Source of the DNA: Burkholderiales bacterium
GTDB lineage: Bacteria > Pseudomonadota > Gammaproteobacteria > Burkholderiales > SG8-39
Reading direction: 5' to 3'
Assembly (NCBI GenBank): GCA_035649175.1
Contig: DASRKB010000169.1
Span: forward strand, 55,229 to 119,228
Length of the DNA: 64,000 nucleotides
Under the pieces are notes generated by a model that was not told the origin of the DNA, made no database searches, and saw only the letters and a list, made by a program, of their open reading frames with translations. The first letter of the stretch is position 1. Each line of letters begins with the position of its first letter. The translations under genes were made by a program, and so were the position numbers. Shown here one piece after another: positions 8,574-17,142 of this stretch.

Positions 8574-9260
8574 ATGAAAGCGAAGCAAACCCTGTTGCTG
8601 CTGGCGTTCCTCTCCTCGGGCGCCGCGGCCCAAGCCGACCCCGACACACTGGTCGGCGCCGCGGTGCGCAGCCGCCCGCTATACGACGGCTCGGAGCGCC
8701 AGACGACCGACGTCATTCCGGTGCTGCGCTATTACGGCGGCACGCTCTTCTCGCGCACCACGCACGGAATCCTGGAGGGCGGCGCGCGCCTCGCGCTCGC
8801 CGGCAACCTGGTGGCCGGCGCGCAAATGGCCTACGAGCCCGGGCCGCGCGACGGCGACCCCGGCGCCTCGCTCGGGGCGCATCTCGAGTGGAGCGGCAAG
8901 GCGGGGCCGGTGCCGCTTAACGCGCTCCTGCGGCTGCGCGACCAGCTCGAATCGGAGCGGGGCGCTCAGCTCGACGCGCGCCTGACGGTCGGCCTCTACG
9001 AAGGCGGCGGCCTTCGCGCCGGCGTGTTCGGTCAGGCGACCTGGGCCGATGCGAAGCATTTCGCCGCGTACTACGAGGTGGCCGACTCCGGTCTGCTCTA
9101 CACGAGCCTGGGTGTGCTGGGCTCGTACGAGCTGAGCCGCCGCTGGTCCGCCGTGGGGCTGGCAGAGCGGCGCCGACTGGCGGATGAACCCACGCGTAGC
9201 GCCTTCGTCAGCGACCGCTCGGCCAGCTACGTGATGCTTGGACTGGGGTATCGCTTCTAG
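8574..9260 (+). CDS. MipA/OmpV family outer-membrane protein
   Basis: Signal peptide, an alternating beta-strand pattern, and the C-terminal ..LGLGYRF aromatic terminus. Confidence 0.8.
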   Translation: MKAKQTLLLLAFLSSGAAAQADPDTLVGAAVRSRPLYDGSERQTTDVIPVLRYYGGTLFSRTTHGILEGGARLALAGNLVAGAQMAYEPGPRDGDPGASLGAHLEWSGKAGPVPLNALLRLRDQLESERGAQLDARLTVGLYEGGGLRAGVFGQATWADAKHFAAYYEVADSGLLYTSLGVLGSYELSRRWSAVGLAERRRLADEPTRSAFVSDRSASYVMLGLGYRF

Positions 9261-9270
9261 AACCATCGCG

Positions 9271-9302
9271 CTTGACCTTCCCATGATGTAAGGGTTGAAA
9301 CT
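9271..9302 (+). promoter_or_regulatory. MerR/CueR-type promoter-operator of copA
   Basis: CTTGACCTTCCCATGATGTAAGGGTTGAAACT: -35 TTGACC (9272-9277), a 19-nt spacer with a CCTT..AAGG dyad, and a -10-like GAAACT. It closely resembles the E. coli PcopA layout. Confidence 0.65.
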
Positions 9303-9310
9303 GCCAAACC

Positions 9311-11452
9311 ATGAAAACCGCCAACCTGATCAAGCTTCCCATCGAGGGCATGACCTGCGCGTCCTGCGTGGCGCGCGTGGAGAAGGCGCTCAAGGCCGTG
9401 CCGGGAGTGGGCTCGGCCGAGGTCAACCTCGCCACGGAAACCGCCAGCGTCGCGCTCGCCGAAGGCGCGCCGCCGGAGTCCCTGGTTGCCGCCGTGCGCA
9501 ATGCCGGGTACGAGGCCCGGCTCGCGCCTTTGCCGAAGCCCGCGGCGGACCGGAGCTGGCTGCCAGTCGCGATCTCCGCCGCGCTCACGCTGCCCCTCGT
9601 GCTGCCGATGCTCGGCGGCTGGTCGCTGCCGGGCTGGCTGCAGCTCGCGCTCGCCACGCCGGTGCAGTTCTGGCTCGGCGCGCGCTTCTACCGCGCCGGC
9701 TGGAAGGCGCTGCGCGCCCGCACGGGGAACATGGACCTCCTCGTCGCGCTCGGCACGAGCGCCGCGTACGGGTTCTCGGTGTACATGCTCTGGCGCCACT
9801 GGGAGCACGAGCCGCATCTGTACTTCGAGGCGGGCGCCGCCGTGATCACTCTGGTGCTGCTCGGCAAGTGGCTCGAGGGCCGCGCCAAGCGCCAGACGAC
9901 GGAGGCAATCCGCGCGCTGCAGTCGCTGCGGCCCGAGACTGCGCGCGTGCTGCGCGGGGGAATCGAGATCGAGGTGCCCGCCGGAAACCTCTCGATGGAG
10001 GACATTCTCGTGATCCGTCCCGGCGAGCGCATCGCCGCCGACGGCGTGGTGCTGGAAGGCCGCAGCCACGCGGACGAGTCGATGCTGACGGGCGAGTCGC
10101 TTCCGGTGCCGAAGGGGCCCGGAGACGGCGTGACCGGCGGCTCGGTCAACGCCGAGGGCGTGCTCAAGGCGAAAGTCACCGCCGTGGGTGCACAGTCGAC
10201 GCTCGCGAAGATCATCGAGCTCGTCGAGAGCGCGCAGGCGAAGAAGGCGCCGATCCAGCGGCTGGTGGATCGCGTGAGCGCGGTCTTCGTCCCTGCGGTT
10301 CTCGCGATAGCGGCTGCCACGCTGCTCGGCTGGGGGCTCGGCGCCGGCGACTGGGAGCAGGCGATCCTGAATGCCGTGGCGGTGCTGGTGATCGCCTGTC
10401 CGTGCGCCCTGGGTCTCGCGACGCCGACCGCCATCATGGCGGGCACCGGCGTGGCGGCGAAGCACGGCATTCTCATCAAAGACGCCGAGGCGCTCGAGGC
10501 TGCGCATGCGGTCGGCGCAGTGGCTTTCGACAAGACCGGCACGCTCACGTTGGGCAAACCGACCCTGGCCGCGTTCGAGCCCCTGGGATTGGACAGGGAT
10601 AGCGCGCTTGCCATCGCTGCCGCGGTGCAGGCGGGTAGCGAGCACCCGCTCGCCAGGGCGGTCACCGCGGCGGCGGTGAACCTCGATACTCCTCGCGCCG
10701 AAGGCGCCCGGGCCGTGCCCGGAAGGGGCATGGAGGCATTCGTGCGCGGCACCCGCTACGCCGTGGGCTCCTCGCGCTGGATGGCGGAGCTCGGCGCCGA
10801 CACTGCGCCGCTGCAAGCGCGCGGGGCCGAGCTGGAGTCGCGCGGCATGAGCGTCTCGTGGCTCGCGGACGCGGGCGGCGCGCCGGCGATCCTCGGTCTC
10901 CTCGGCTTCGCCGACCAGGTGCGCCCGGAAGCCGCGGCGGCGATCGCGGCCCTCGCACGCCGCGGGGTGCGCACGATCATGCTTACTGGCGACAACCGCG
11001 CCGCGGCGCAGGCGGTCGCGTCGGAGCTGCGCCTGGACGATGTGCGTGCCCAGGTGCTCCCCGCCGACAAGGCGGAGGCGGTGGATGCGCTGCGGCGCGA
11101 GCATGGCCGCGTGGCCATGGTGGGGGACGGAGTGAACGATTCGCCCGCCCTTGCCGCCGCCGACCTCGGCATCGCGATGGGCAGCGGCACGGACGTCGCC
11201 ATGCACGCCGCCGGCGTGACGCTGATGCGGCCCGATCCGCGGCTCGTCGCCGCCGCGCTCGACATCGCGCGGCGTACCTACGCCAAGATCCGGCAGAACC
11301 TGTTCTGGGCTTTCGCCTACAACGTGGTGGGCATCCCGCTTGCGGCGGCCGGCGTGCTGAGCCCGGTGATCGCGGGCGCGGCGATGGCGGCCTCGAGCGT
11401 CAGCGTCGTGGCCAATACCCTGCTCCTGAAGCGCTGGAATCCGGAGGACTGA
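9311..11452 (+). CDS. copA: copper-translocating P1B-type ATPase
   Basis: N-terminal HMA domain GMTCASC, TM CPC motif ([11 protein letters not shown]), DKTGTLT and [10 protein letters not shown]. An in-frame TGA at 9296-9298 fixes ATG 9311 as the first possible start. Confidence 0.95.
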   Translation: MKTANLIKLPIEGMTCASCVARVEKALKAVPGVGSAEVNLATETASVALAEGAPPESLVAAVRNAGYEARLAPLPKPAADRSWLPVAISAALTLPLVLPMLGGWSLPGWLQLALATPVQFWLGARFYRAGWKALRARTGNMDLLVALGTSAAYGFSVYMLWRHWEHEPHLYFEAGAAVITLVLLGKWLEGRAKRQTTEAIRALQSLRPETARVLRGGIEIEVPAGNLSMEDILVIRPGERIAADGVVLEGRSHADESMLTGESLPVPKGPGDGVTGGSVNAEGVLKAKVTAVGAQSTLAKIIELVESAQAKKAPIQRLVDRVSAVFVPAVLAIAAATLLGWGLGAGDWEQAILNAVAVLVIACPCALGLATPTAIMAGTGVAAKHGILIKDAEALEAAHAVGAVAFDKTGTLTLGKPTLAAFEPLGLDRDSALAIAAAVQAGSEHPLARAVTAAAVNLDTPRAEGARAVPGRGMEAFVRGTRYAVGSSRWMAELGADTAPLQARGAELESRGMSVSWLADAGGAPAILGLLGFADQVRPEAAAAIAALARRGVRTIMLTGDNRAAAQAVASELRLDDVRAQVLPADKAEAVDALRREHGRVAMVGDGVNDSPALAAADLGIAMGSGTDVAMHAAGVTLMRPDPRLVAAALDIARRTYAKIRQNLFWAFAYNVVGIPLAAAGVLSPVIAGAAMAASSVSVVANTLLLKRWNPED

Positions 11453-11454
11453 CG

Positions 11455-11892
11455 ATGGGAAGGATGGAAACGCTGGAGCACGCCGCCGCCATCGAGCGCG
11501 GCCTGATGGACATCGGCAAGGCCGCCAAGGCGAGCGGCGTCTCGGTGAAGATGATCCGGCACTACGAGGCGATCGGGCTGTTGCCCAAGGTGGCGCGCAC
11601 CTTCGCCAACTACCGCGTCTACGGCCCGAACGACGTGCACACGCTGCGCTTCATCCGGCGCGCGCGCACGCTCGGGTTCTCGATGGAGGACATCGGCGAG
11701 TTGCTCGGCCTCTGGCAGAGCCGCTCGCGCTCGAGCGCCGCGGTGAAGAGAATCGCCGGCGCACACATCGAGACCTTGAAGGCCAAGATCGCCGAGCTCG
11801 AGGCCATGGTGAAGACCCTCGAGCACCTCGCGCGCCACTGCCACGGCGATCACCGGCCGGAGTGCCCGATCCTCGACGACCTCGCACGCTAG
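11455..11892 (+). CDS. cueR: Cu(I)-responsive MerR-family regulator CueR
   Basis: GGAGGA lies 6 nt upstream. HTH ..ASGVSVKMIRHYEAIGLLP.. and the C-terminal CHGDHRPEC (C-x7-C) metal loop. The alternative start ATG 11506 (MDIGKAAK..) is equally plausible. Confidence 0.85.
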   Translation: MGRMETLEHAAAIERGLMDIGKAAKASGVSVKMIRHYEAIGLLPKVARTFANYRVYGPNDVHTLRFIRRARTLGFSMEDIGELLGLWQSRSRSSAAVKRIAGAHIETLKAKIAELEAMVKTLEHLARHCHGDHRPECPILDDLAR

Positions 11893-11901
11893 GAGACCGA
11901 C

Positions 11902-12336
11902 ATGGACTTGAACCGCATCGCCTGGTCCGCCACGCTGCACTGCCTCACCGGGTGTGCCATCGGCGAAGTGCTCGGCATGGTGATCGGCACCGCGCTCGGC
12001 TGGGGAAACCTCGAGACCATCGCGCTCGCCGTGGCGCTCGCTTTCTTGTTCGGCTACTCGCTCACCCTGCTGCCGCTGGCGAAGTCGATGCGCTTCGGCG
12101 CGGCGGCCAAGCTCGCGCTGGCGGCGGACACCGCCTCCATCACCGTCATGGAGATCGTCGACAACGCGATCATGCTCGTCATCCCTGGCGCGATGGATGC
12201 GCCGCTCGACAGCCTGCTCTTCTGGGGCAGCCTGGCGGTGGCCCTCGCCATTGCGGCGGTGGCGGCGTTTCCGGTCAACCGCTGGCTGATCTCGCGTGGG
12301 CGTGGCCATGCTGTCGTGCACGCCCATCACCATTGA
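11902..12336 (+). CDS. DUF4396 family membrane protein
   Basis: ..ATLHCLTGCAIGEVLGM.. is the hallmark motif. Four hydrophobic segments and a His-rich C-terminus (HAVVHAHHH). Confidence 0.75.
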   Translation: MDLNRIAWSATLHCLTGCAIGEVLGMVIGTALGWGNLETIALAVALAFLFGYSLTLLPLAKSMRFGAAAKLALAADTASITVMEIVDNAIMLVIPGAMDAPLDSLLFWGSLAVALAIAAVAAFPVNRWLISRGRGHAVVHAHHH

Positions 12337-12383
12337 ACGAATGGTGGAATTCGCGCTCGAAGTCCTGTGCTAGGATCGCCCGC

Positions 12384-12740
12384 GTGAATCGAACGCTCAA
12401 GCTCGTCGTCATCGCGCTGCTTCTCGCGGTGATGCCGTTGCGCGCGCTCGCCGCGGTGACGGTCGGCTTCTGTGCCATGGGCCACCAGGAGAGAGCGGTG
12501 CAGGCGGTCGATGTGCACGAGCATGACGCCGATCACGGCGAGCACGGCCACGCGCCCCGGCCGGACGGCGCACCGGATTGCAGCACGTGTGTCGAGCACT
12601 GCAGCAGCGCTTCGTTCGCCGTGCCGGCGCCGCTCGAGACGCTCCTCTCGGTCCAGCGCTCCGCCCGCATCGTTCTCGGCGAGCCCTTCGCCGCGGGCTT
12701 CGTCCCCGATCATCTCGACCCACCGCCTCTCGCTCTCTAG
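12384..12740 (+). CDS. secreted His/Cys-rich protein, unknown function
   Basis: GTG start. Signal peptide, HEHDADHGEHGH and CSTCVEHC motifs, and a Pro-rich C-terminus (DPPPLAL). Confidence 0.5.
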   Translation: MNRTLKLVVIALLLAVMPLRALAAVTVGFCAMGHQERAVQAVDVHEHDADHGEHGHAPRPDGAPDCSTCVEHCSSASFAVPAPLETLLSVQRSARIVLGEPFAAGFVPDHLDPPPLAL

Positions 12741-12815
12741 AGCCTAGTCGCCCCGCGGCGCAGCGCTGATATGCGCCGCTACGCGCATGCGCGCGTCAAA
12801 CGACGTCGGAGAGTC

Positions 12816-13073
12816 ATGCACAAGAGCATCTGCTTTGCGCTCGCGCTTGCCGCGGGCGCGGCGGCCGCGCAGGAGAAGCGGCCGGATCCGAAGGACCCGA
12901 AGGCGAAGACGCCGCCGGTCGAGTACCGCTCGGCCTTCGAGGGCTATCGCCCCTTCGCCGAGCCCGAGCTCGCGCCCTGGCGCGCGGTGAACGAGGAGGT
13001 CGAGCGCGTCGGCGGGCACATCGGCGTGCTGCGCGAGCAGGAGAAGGAAGCCGGCAAGGAGCAGCGCAAATGA
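12816..13073 (+). CDS. small secreted protein, unknown function
   Basis: GGAGAG RBS and a signal peptide. The ..YRPFAEPELAPWRAVNEEVERVGGHIG.. motif recalls small ORFs that precede metal-efflux OMF genes (recollection only). Its stop overlaps the next start (ATGA). Confidence 0.55.
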   Translation: MHKSICFALALAAGAAAAQEKRPDPKDPKAKTPPVEYRSAFEGYRPFAEPELAPWRAVNEEVERVGGHIGVLREQEKEAGKEQRK

Positions 13074-14464
13074 AGAAGCTTCTCGTCGCCCCGATGATCC
13101 TGCTCGCCGGCTGCGCCTCGCTTAGCGAGGATGCGGGCTTCGCGCCCGTCGAGCAAGCGGTGGAAGCGCGCACCGGCGCCGACGCCAAGTGGGTTCGCAC
13201 CGAGGACGAGGCGAGCACGGTGCGCGGCCGGGTGAAGGAGCTGCTCGCGCAGCCGCTCGGTCCCCAGGAAGCAGTGCAGATCGCGCTGCTCAACAATCCC
13301 GGCCTGCAGGCCGCTTACGCCGAGGTCGGCATCGCGGAGGCCGATCTCGTCGAGGCGAGCCGCTGGCGCGGGCCGCGCTTCTCCTTCGCACGCCTCACGC
13401 GAGGCGACGAGGTGGAGTACGAGCGCAGCGTGTTCTTCGACCTGCTCGGCCTGGTCACCATCCCGCTCTCGGTGCGCGTGGAGGAAAAGCGCCTGGACGG
13501 CGCGCGCAACCGCGCCGCGGCCGAGGCGCTGCGCGTCGCGCTCGACGCCCGCAAGGCGTGGTTCGCCGCGGTCGCCGCGCAGGAGACCGAGCGGTACATG
13601 TTGCAGGTGAGGGATTCGGCCGAGGCGAGCGCGGAGCTCGCGCGGCGCATGGCGGCCGTGGGCAACTGGTCGAAGCTCAATCAGGCGCGCGAGCAGGCCT
13701 TCTACGCCGAGACGACGGCGCAGCTCGCCCGCGCGCGGCAGGACGCGGTGGCGGCGCGCGAGCGCCTCACGCGCCTGCTGGGCCTGTGGGGAGAGGACCT
13801 CGTCTTTCGTCTTCCCGAGCGGCTGCCCGAGCTGCCGGCGTCGGCACGCGAGGCGGATGACCTGGAAGCGCAGGCGCTCGCGCAGCGCCTGGACGTCCAG
13901 GCCGCGCGCCAGGACGCGGAGGCGCTTGCCAAGTCGCTCGGCCTCACCAAGGTCTCCGGCTTCGTGAGCCTCGTCGAGTTCGGCTTGCACTCGAACAGCG
14001 CCACCGGCGAGCCGCGCCAGCGCGGCTGGGAGATCGAGCTCGCGCTGCCGATCTTCGACTGGGGCGCGGCGCGCAACGCGCGCGCCGAGCGCCTGTACAC
14101 GCAGGCGGTCAATCGCACCACCGAGCTCGCCGTGCAGGCGCGCTCCGAAGTGCGCGAGACCTATTCCGCCTATCGCACCGCGTACGACCTGGCAAAGCAC
14201 TACCGCGACGAGATCGTGCCGCTGCGCAGGCGCATCTCGGAAGAAGCGCTGCTGCGCTACAACGGCATGCTGATGAGCGTGTTCGAGCTGCTCGCGGACA
14301 CGCGCCAGCAGATCGCCGCGGTTAATTCCTATATCGACTCGCTGCATGCCTTCTGGCGTGCGGAGTCGGAGTTCCAGATGGCGCTCGTCGGGCGCTCGCC
14401 CGGCGCGGGTGGCGGCGCGATGCGAGCCGCCGCGCCCTCGGCGCCGCAAGGCGGCGGCCACTAG
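13070..14464 (+). CDS. TolC-family outer-membrane efflux protein (lipoprotein-type OMF)
   Basis: Lipobox LLAGC and two OEP repeats with long coiled-coil segments; 464 aa. Confidence 0.85.
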   Translation: MKKLLVAPMILLAGCASLSEDAGFAPVEQAVEARTGADAKWVRTEDEASTVRGRVKELLAQPLGPQEAVQIALLNNPGLQAAYAEVGIAEADLVEASRWRGPRFSFARLTRGDEVEYERSVFFDLLGLVTIPLSVRVEEKRLDGARNRAAAEALRVALDARKAWFAAVAAQETERYMLQVRDSAEASAELARRMAAVGNWSKLNQAREQAFYAETTAQLARARQDAVAARERLTRLLGLWGEDLVFRLPERLPELPASAREADDLEAQALAQRLDVQAARQDAEALAKSLGLTKVSGFVSLVEFGLHSNSATGEPRQRGWEIELALPIFDWGAARNARAERLYTQAVNRTTELAVQARSEVRETYSAYRTAYDLAKHYRDEIVPLRRRISEEALLRYNGMLMSVFELLADTRQQIAAVNSYIDSLHAFWRAESEFQMALVGRSPGAGGGAMRAAAPSAPQGGGH

Positions 14465-14480
14465 CCCAGAGGATGACCCG

Positions 14481-15848
14481 ATGACGACAAGACGACATTT
14501 TTTGCGCACCTCGGCGGCCGGCTTCTTCGGCGCGGCTCTGGTGTCGAAGGTACAGGCCGCCTCGCTTCCCGAGGCGCCGATCATGGACAAGCCCGACATG
14601 GCACCGCCGCTCGAGCCGCCCAACGGCCGGCCCTACCAGCCGGTGGCGACGCTGAACGGCTGGACGCTCCCCTGGCGCATGAAGGACGGCTGGAAGGAGT
14701 TCCACCTCGTGGCCGAGCCGGTGCGCCGTCAGCTCGCGCCCGGCATGACCGCGAACCTCTGGGGCTACAACGGCCAGTCGCCGGGCCCGACGCTCGAGTG
14801 CGTCGAAGGCGACAAGGTGCGCATCTTCGTCACCAACAAGCTGCCCGAGCACACCACCATCCACTGGCACGGGATCCTGCTGCCCTCGGGGATGGACGGC
14901 GTGGGCGGCCTCACCCAGCCGCAGATCAAGCCCGGCCAGACCTTCGTGTACGAGTTCCAGATGAAGAAGTCCGGCACCTTCATGTACCACCCCCACGCCG
15001 ACGAGATGGTGCAGATGGCGATGGGCATGATGGGCTTCCTCGTGGTGCACCCGAAGGATCCGAAGCTCATGCGGGTCGACCGCGACTTCGTGTTCCTCAT
15101 GAGCGCCTACGACATAGATCCGGGCAGCCACACGCCGATGGTCGCCACTATGACCGACTTCAACCTGTGGACCTGGAACTCGCGGGTCTTCCCGGGCATC
15201 GACCACCTCGCCGTGCGCCGCGGCGACCGCGTGCGCATCCGCATCGGCAACCTCACGATGACCAACCACCCGATCCATCTGCACGGCTACGACTTTGAGG
15301 TCACGGGCACCGACGGCGGCTGGGTGCCGAAGTCGGCGCGCTGGCCCGAGGTCACCACCGACGTGGCGGTCGGCCAGATGCGTGCGATCGAGTTCACCGC
15401 CAACGAGCCGGGCGACTGGGCGTTCCACTGCCACAAGTCGCACCACACCATGAACGCGATGGGCCACGGGGTCCCGACCATGATCGGCGTCGACCACCGC
15501 GAGGTGGCCAACCGCATCATCAAGCTCGTGCCCGACTACATGGTGATGGGCGAGCGCGGCATGGCCGACATGGGCGAGATGGAGATGCCCCTGCCGGACA
15601 ACACGCTGCCGATGATGACCGGCGCCGGCCCTTTCGGCCCGATCGAGATGGGCGGCATGTTCAGCGTGGTCAAGGTGCGCGAAGGCCTCGCGCGCAACGA
15701 CTACAAGGACCCGGGCTGGTACCAGCACCCCAAGGGCACCGTCGCCTACGCGGTTGCCGGCCAGGCACCGCTCGCCGAGCGCCAGCCGCCGGCGAAGGAC
15801 GAGGGCCGTTCCATGAATGTTCGCAAGCCTGCCGGGCACAAGCGCTGA
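14481..15848 (+). CDS. Tat-exported multicopper oxidase
   Basis: Tat signal MTTRRHFLRTSAAG. Copper ligand motifs HWHG, YHPH, HLHG and HCHKSHH, plus a Met-rich segment (DYMVMGERGMADMGEMEMP). Confidence 0.9.
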   Translation: MTTRRHFLRTSAAGFFGAALVSKVQAASLPEAPIMDKPDMAPPLEPPNGRPYQPVATLNGWTLPWRMKDGWKEFHLVAEPVRRQLAPGMTANLWGYNGQSPGPTLECVEGDKVRIFVTNKLPEHTTIHWHGILLPSGMDGVGGLTQPQIKPGQTFVYEFQMKKSGTFMYHPHADEMVQMAMGMMGFLVVHPKDPKLMRVDRDFVFLMSAYDIDPGSHTPMVATMTDFNLWTWNSRVFPGIDHLAVRRGDRVRIRIGNLTMTNHPIHLHGYDFEVTGTDGGWVPKSARWPEVTTDVAVGQMRAIEFTANEPGDWAFHCHKSHHTMNAMGHGVPTMIGVDHREVANRIIKLVPDYMVMGERGMADMGEMEMPLPDNTLPMMTGAGPFGPIEMGGMFSVVKVREGLARNDYKDPGWYQHPKGTVAYAVAGQAPLAERQPPAKDEGRSMNVRKPAGHKR

Positions 15849-15857
15849 AGATCCGCG

Positions 15858-16331
15858 ATGAAACTCATCCTCTTGATGGTGGTGGTCCTCGCAGCGCCGC
15901 TCGCGCTCGCGCACGGCGAAAAGAAGGGCCACGTCGACTACTTGCAGGCGGAGGAGACGCCTTTCGGCATCGCCGCCGATCCGCGCACGGCGAAGCGCAC
16001 GGTGCGCGTCGACATGCACGACACGATGCGCTTCTCGCCCGCCGAGCTAAAGGTGAAGCGTGGCGACACGGTGCGCTTCGTCGTGGCGAACAAGGGCAAG
16101 GTGCTGCACGAGATGGTGCTCGGCCGCAAGGAGGACCTGGAGAAGCACGCGGAGCTCATGCGCAAGTTTCCTGGCATGGAGCACGACGAGCCGCACATGG
16201 CCCACGTATCCCCGGGCAAGTCGGGCGAGATCGGCTGGCTCTTCACGACGCCGGGCACCTACTACTACGGCTGCCTGATCCCCGGCCATTTCCAGGCCGG
16301 GATGGTCGGGCGAATCGAGGTTACGCAGTGA
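15858..16331 (+). CDS. cupredoxin (plastocyanin/azurin-like type-1 copper protein)
   Basis: Signal peptide and type-1 Cu ligands ..LHEM.. and ..YYGCLIPGHFQAGM.. Confidence 0.85.
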   Translation: MKLILLMVVVLAAPLALAHGEKKGHVDYLQAEETPFGIAADPRTAKRTVRVDMHDTMRFSPAELKVKRGDTVRFVVANKGKVLHEMVLGRKEDLEKHAELMRKFPGMEHDEPHMAHVSPGKSGEIGWLFTTPGTYYYGCLIPGHFQAGMVGRIEVTQ

Positions 16332-16354
16332 CTATTCTCGAGAAAGGCAGACCC

Positions 16355-16642
16355 ATGAAGACGAACATTTGGTTGACCCTCGCCGCAGGAGCGCTTCTTT
16401 CCCTGGCCGCGCATGCCGCCGATCTCGCCGACGGCGAGGTGCGCAAGGTGGACAAGGATGCGGGCAAGGTCACCATCAAGCACGGCCCTATTCCGAGCGT
16501 CGACATGCCGGCCATGACCATGGTGTTCCGGGTCAAGGAGCCGGCGATGCTCGACAAGGTCAAGGCCGGCGACAAGATCAAGTTCGACGCCGAGAAGATC
16601 GGCGGGGCCTACACAGTCACGAAGATCGAGCCGGCCAAGTGA
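16355..16642 (+). CDS. CusF-like periplasmic copper-binding protein
   Basis: Signal peptide and ..GKVTIKHGPIPSVDMPAMTMVFRV.., the CusF/Cu(I) Met-His motif. The ORF could also begin at 16328. Confidence 0.8.
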   Translation: MKTNIWLTLAAGALLSLAAHAADLADGEVRKVDKDAGKVTIKHGPIPSVDMPAMTMVFRVKEPAMLDKVKAGDKIKFDAEKIGGAYTVTKIEPAK

Positions 16643-16697
16643 CCACGCTTTGACCGGGATCAAAACGTAGTCGACAGGACGAGCACATCCTGCAACC

Positions 16698-17060
16698 ATG
16701 CGGCAAGCGCTGAAAGCCCTTCGACGAGGCTTGGCCTTCGCCTTTCTGCTCCTCGCGGCGTCGGCGGTGCTCGCCCAGCCCGTTTGCGCCGCGAGCGAGC
16801 CGCTGACGGTCTCGCCGCAGGACTGTAACGGCTCGCATGATGATCCCCACGGGGAGCCCTGCTGCGCGGACCTCGAAGCGATCGTCAGCACGGTCCCGGA
16901 TCTCATCGGCAGCTCGGGCTTGCCGCCGCTCTTCGTGGCGACGTGGTGGCCCGCGCCGCGGACCGCCGCTCCCCGGGCGGCGTCGGCCGGACGCTTGACC
17001 TTGCTTTCTCCTCCGCCTCCGCTCCCGTATCACGCACGCTCGGCGCGCATCTTGCGCTGA
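16698..17060 (+). CDS. secreted Cys-rich, Pro-rich protein, unknown function
   Basis: Signal peptide, ..[15 protein letters not shown].. and a PPPPLP C-terminal region. Its architecture resembles ORF 12384..12740. Confidence 0.45.
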   Translation: MRQALKALRRGLAFAFLLLAASAVLAQPVCAASEPLTVSPQDCNGSHDDPHGEPCCADLEAIVSTVPDLIGSSGLPPLFVATWWPAPRTAAPRAASAGRLTLLSPPPPLPYHARSARILR

Positions 17061-17077
17061 GATCCCGCATCCCTCCG

Positions 17078-17098
17078 GCGCCGGCCTTTCGCCGGCGC
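17078..17098 (+). terminator. GC-rich hairpin after ORF 16698..17060 (weak terminator candidate)
   Basis: An 8-bp stem GCGCCGGC/GCCGGCGC with loop CTTTC. There is no clear U-tract. Confidence 0.25.
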
Positions 17099-17142
17099 TC
17101 TCAGCGTGTTGCACCGGAAACCCAGGAATTCGTGAGGACCAC

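Noticed and set aside
9257-11206. 649-aa minus-strand ORF antisense to copA. Similar long antisense ORFs occur at 443..1615(+), 12944..14623(-), 14322..16019(-), 17101..19239(-), 32924..34906(-), 43910..45838(-) and 51343..54309(+).
   Set aside because: These are typical high-G+C shadow ORFs. They are Arg/Ala/Gly/Pro-rich low-complexity translations with no recognisable motifs. Each lies opposite a gene with strong family signatures.
16328-16354. Longer CusF-like start (MTILEKGRP..) overlapping the cupredoxin stop.
   Set aside because: MKTNIW.. at 16355 gives a standard signal peptide. The 9 extra residues add nothing recognisable, though coupling via the upstream start cannot be excluded.
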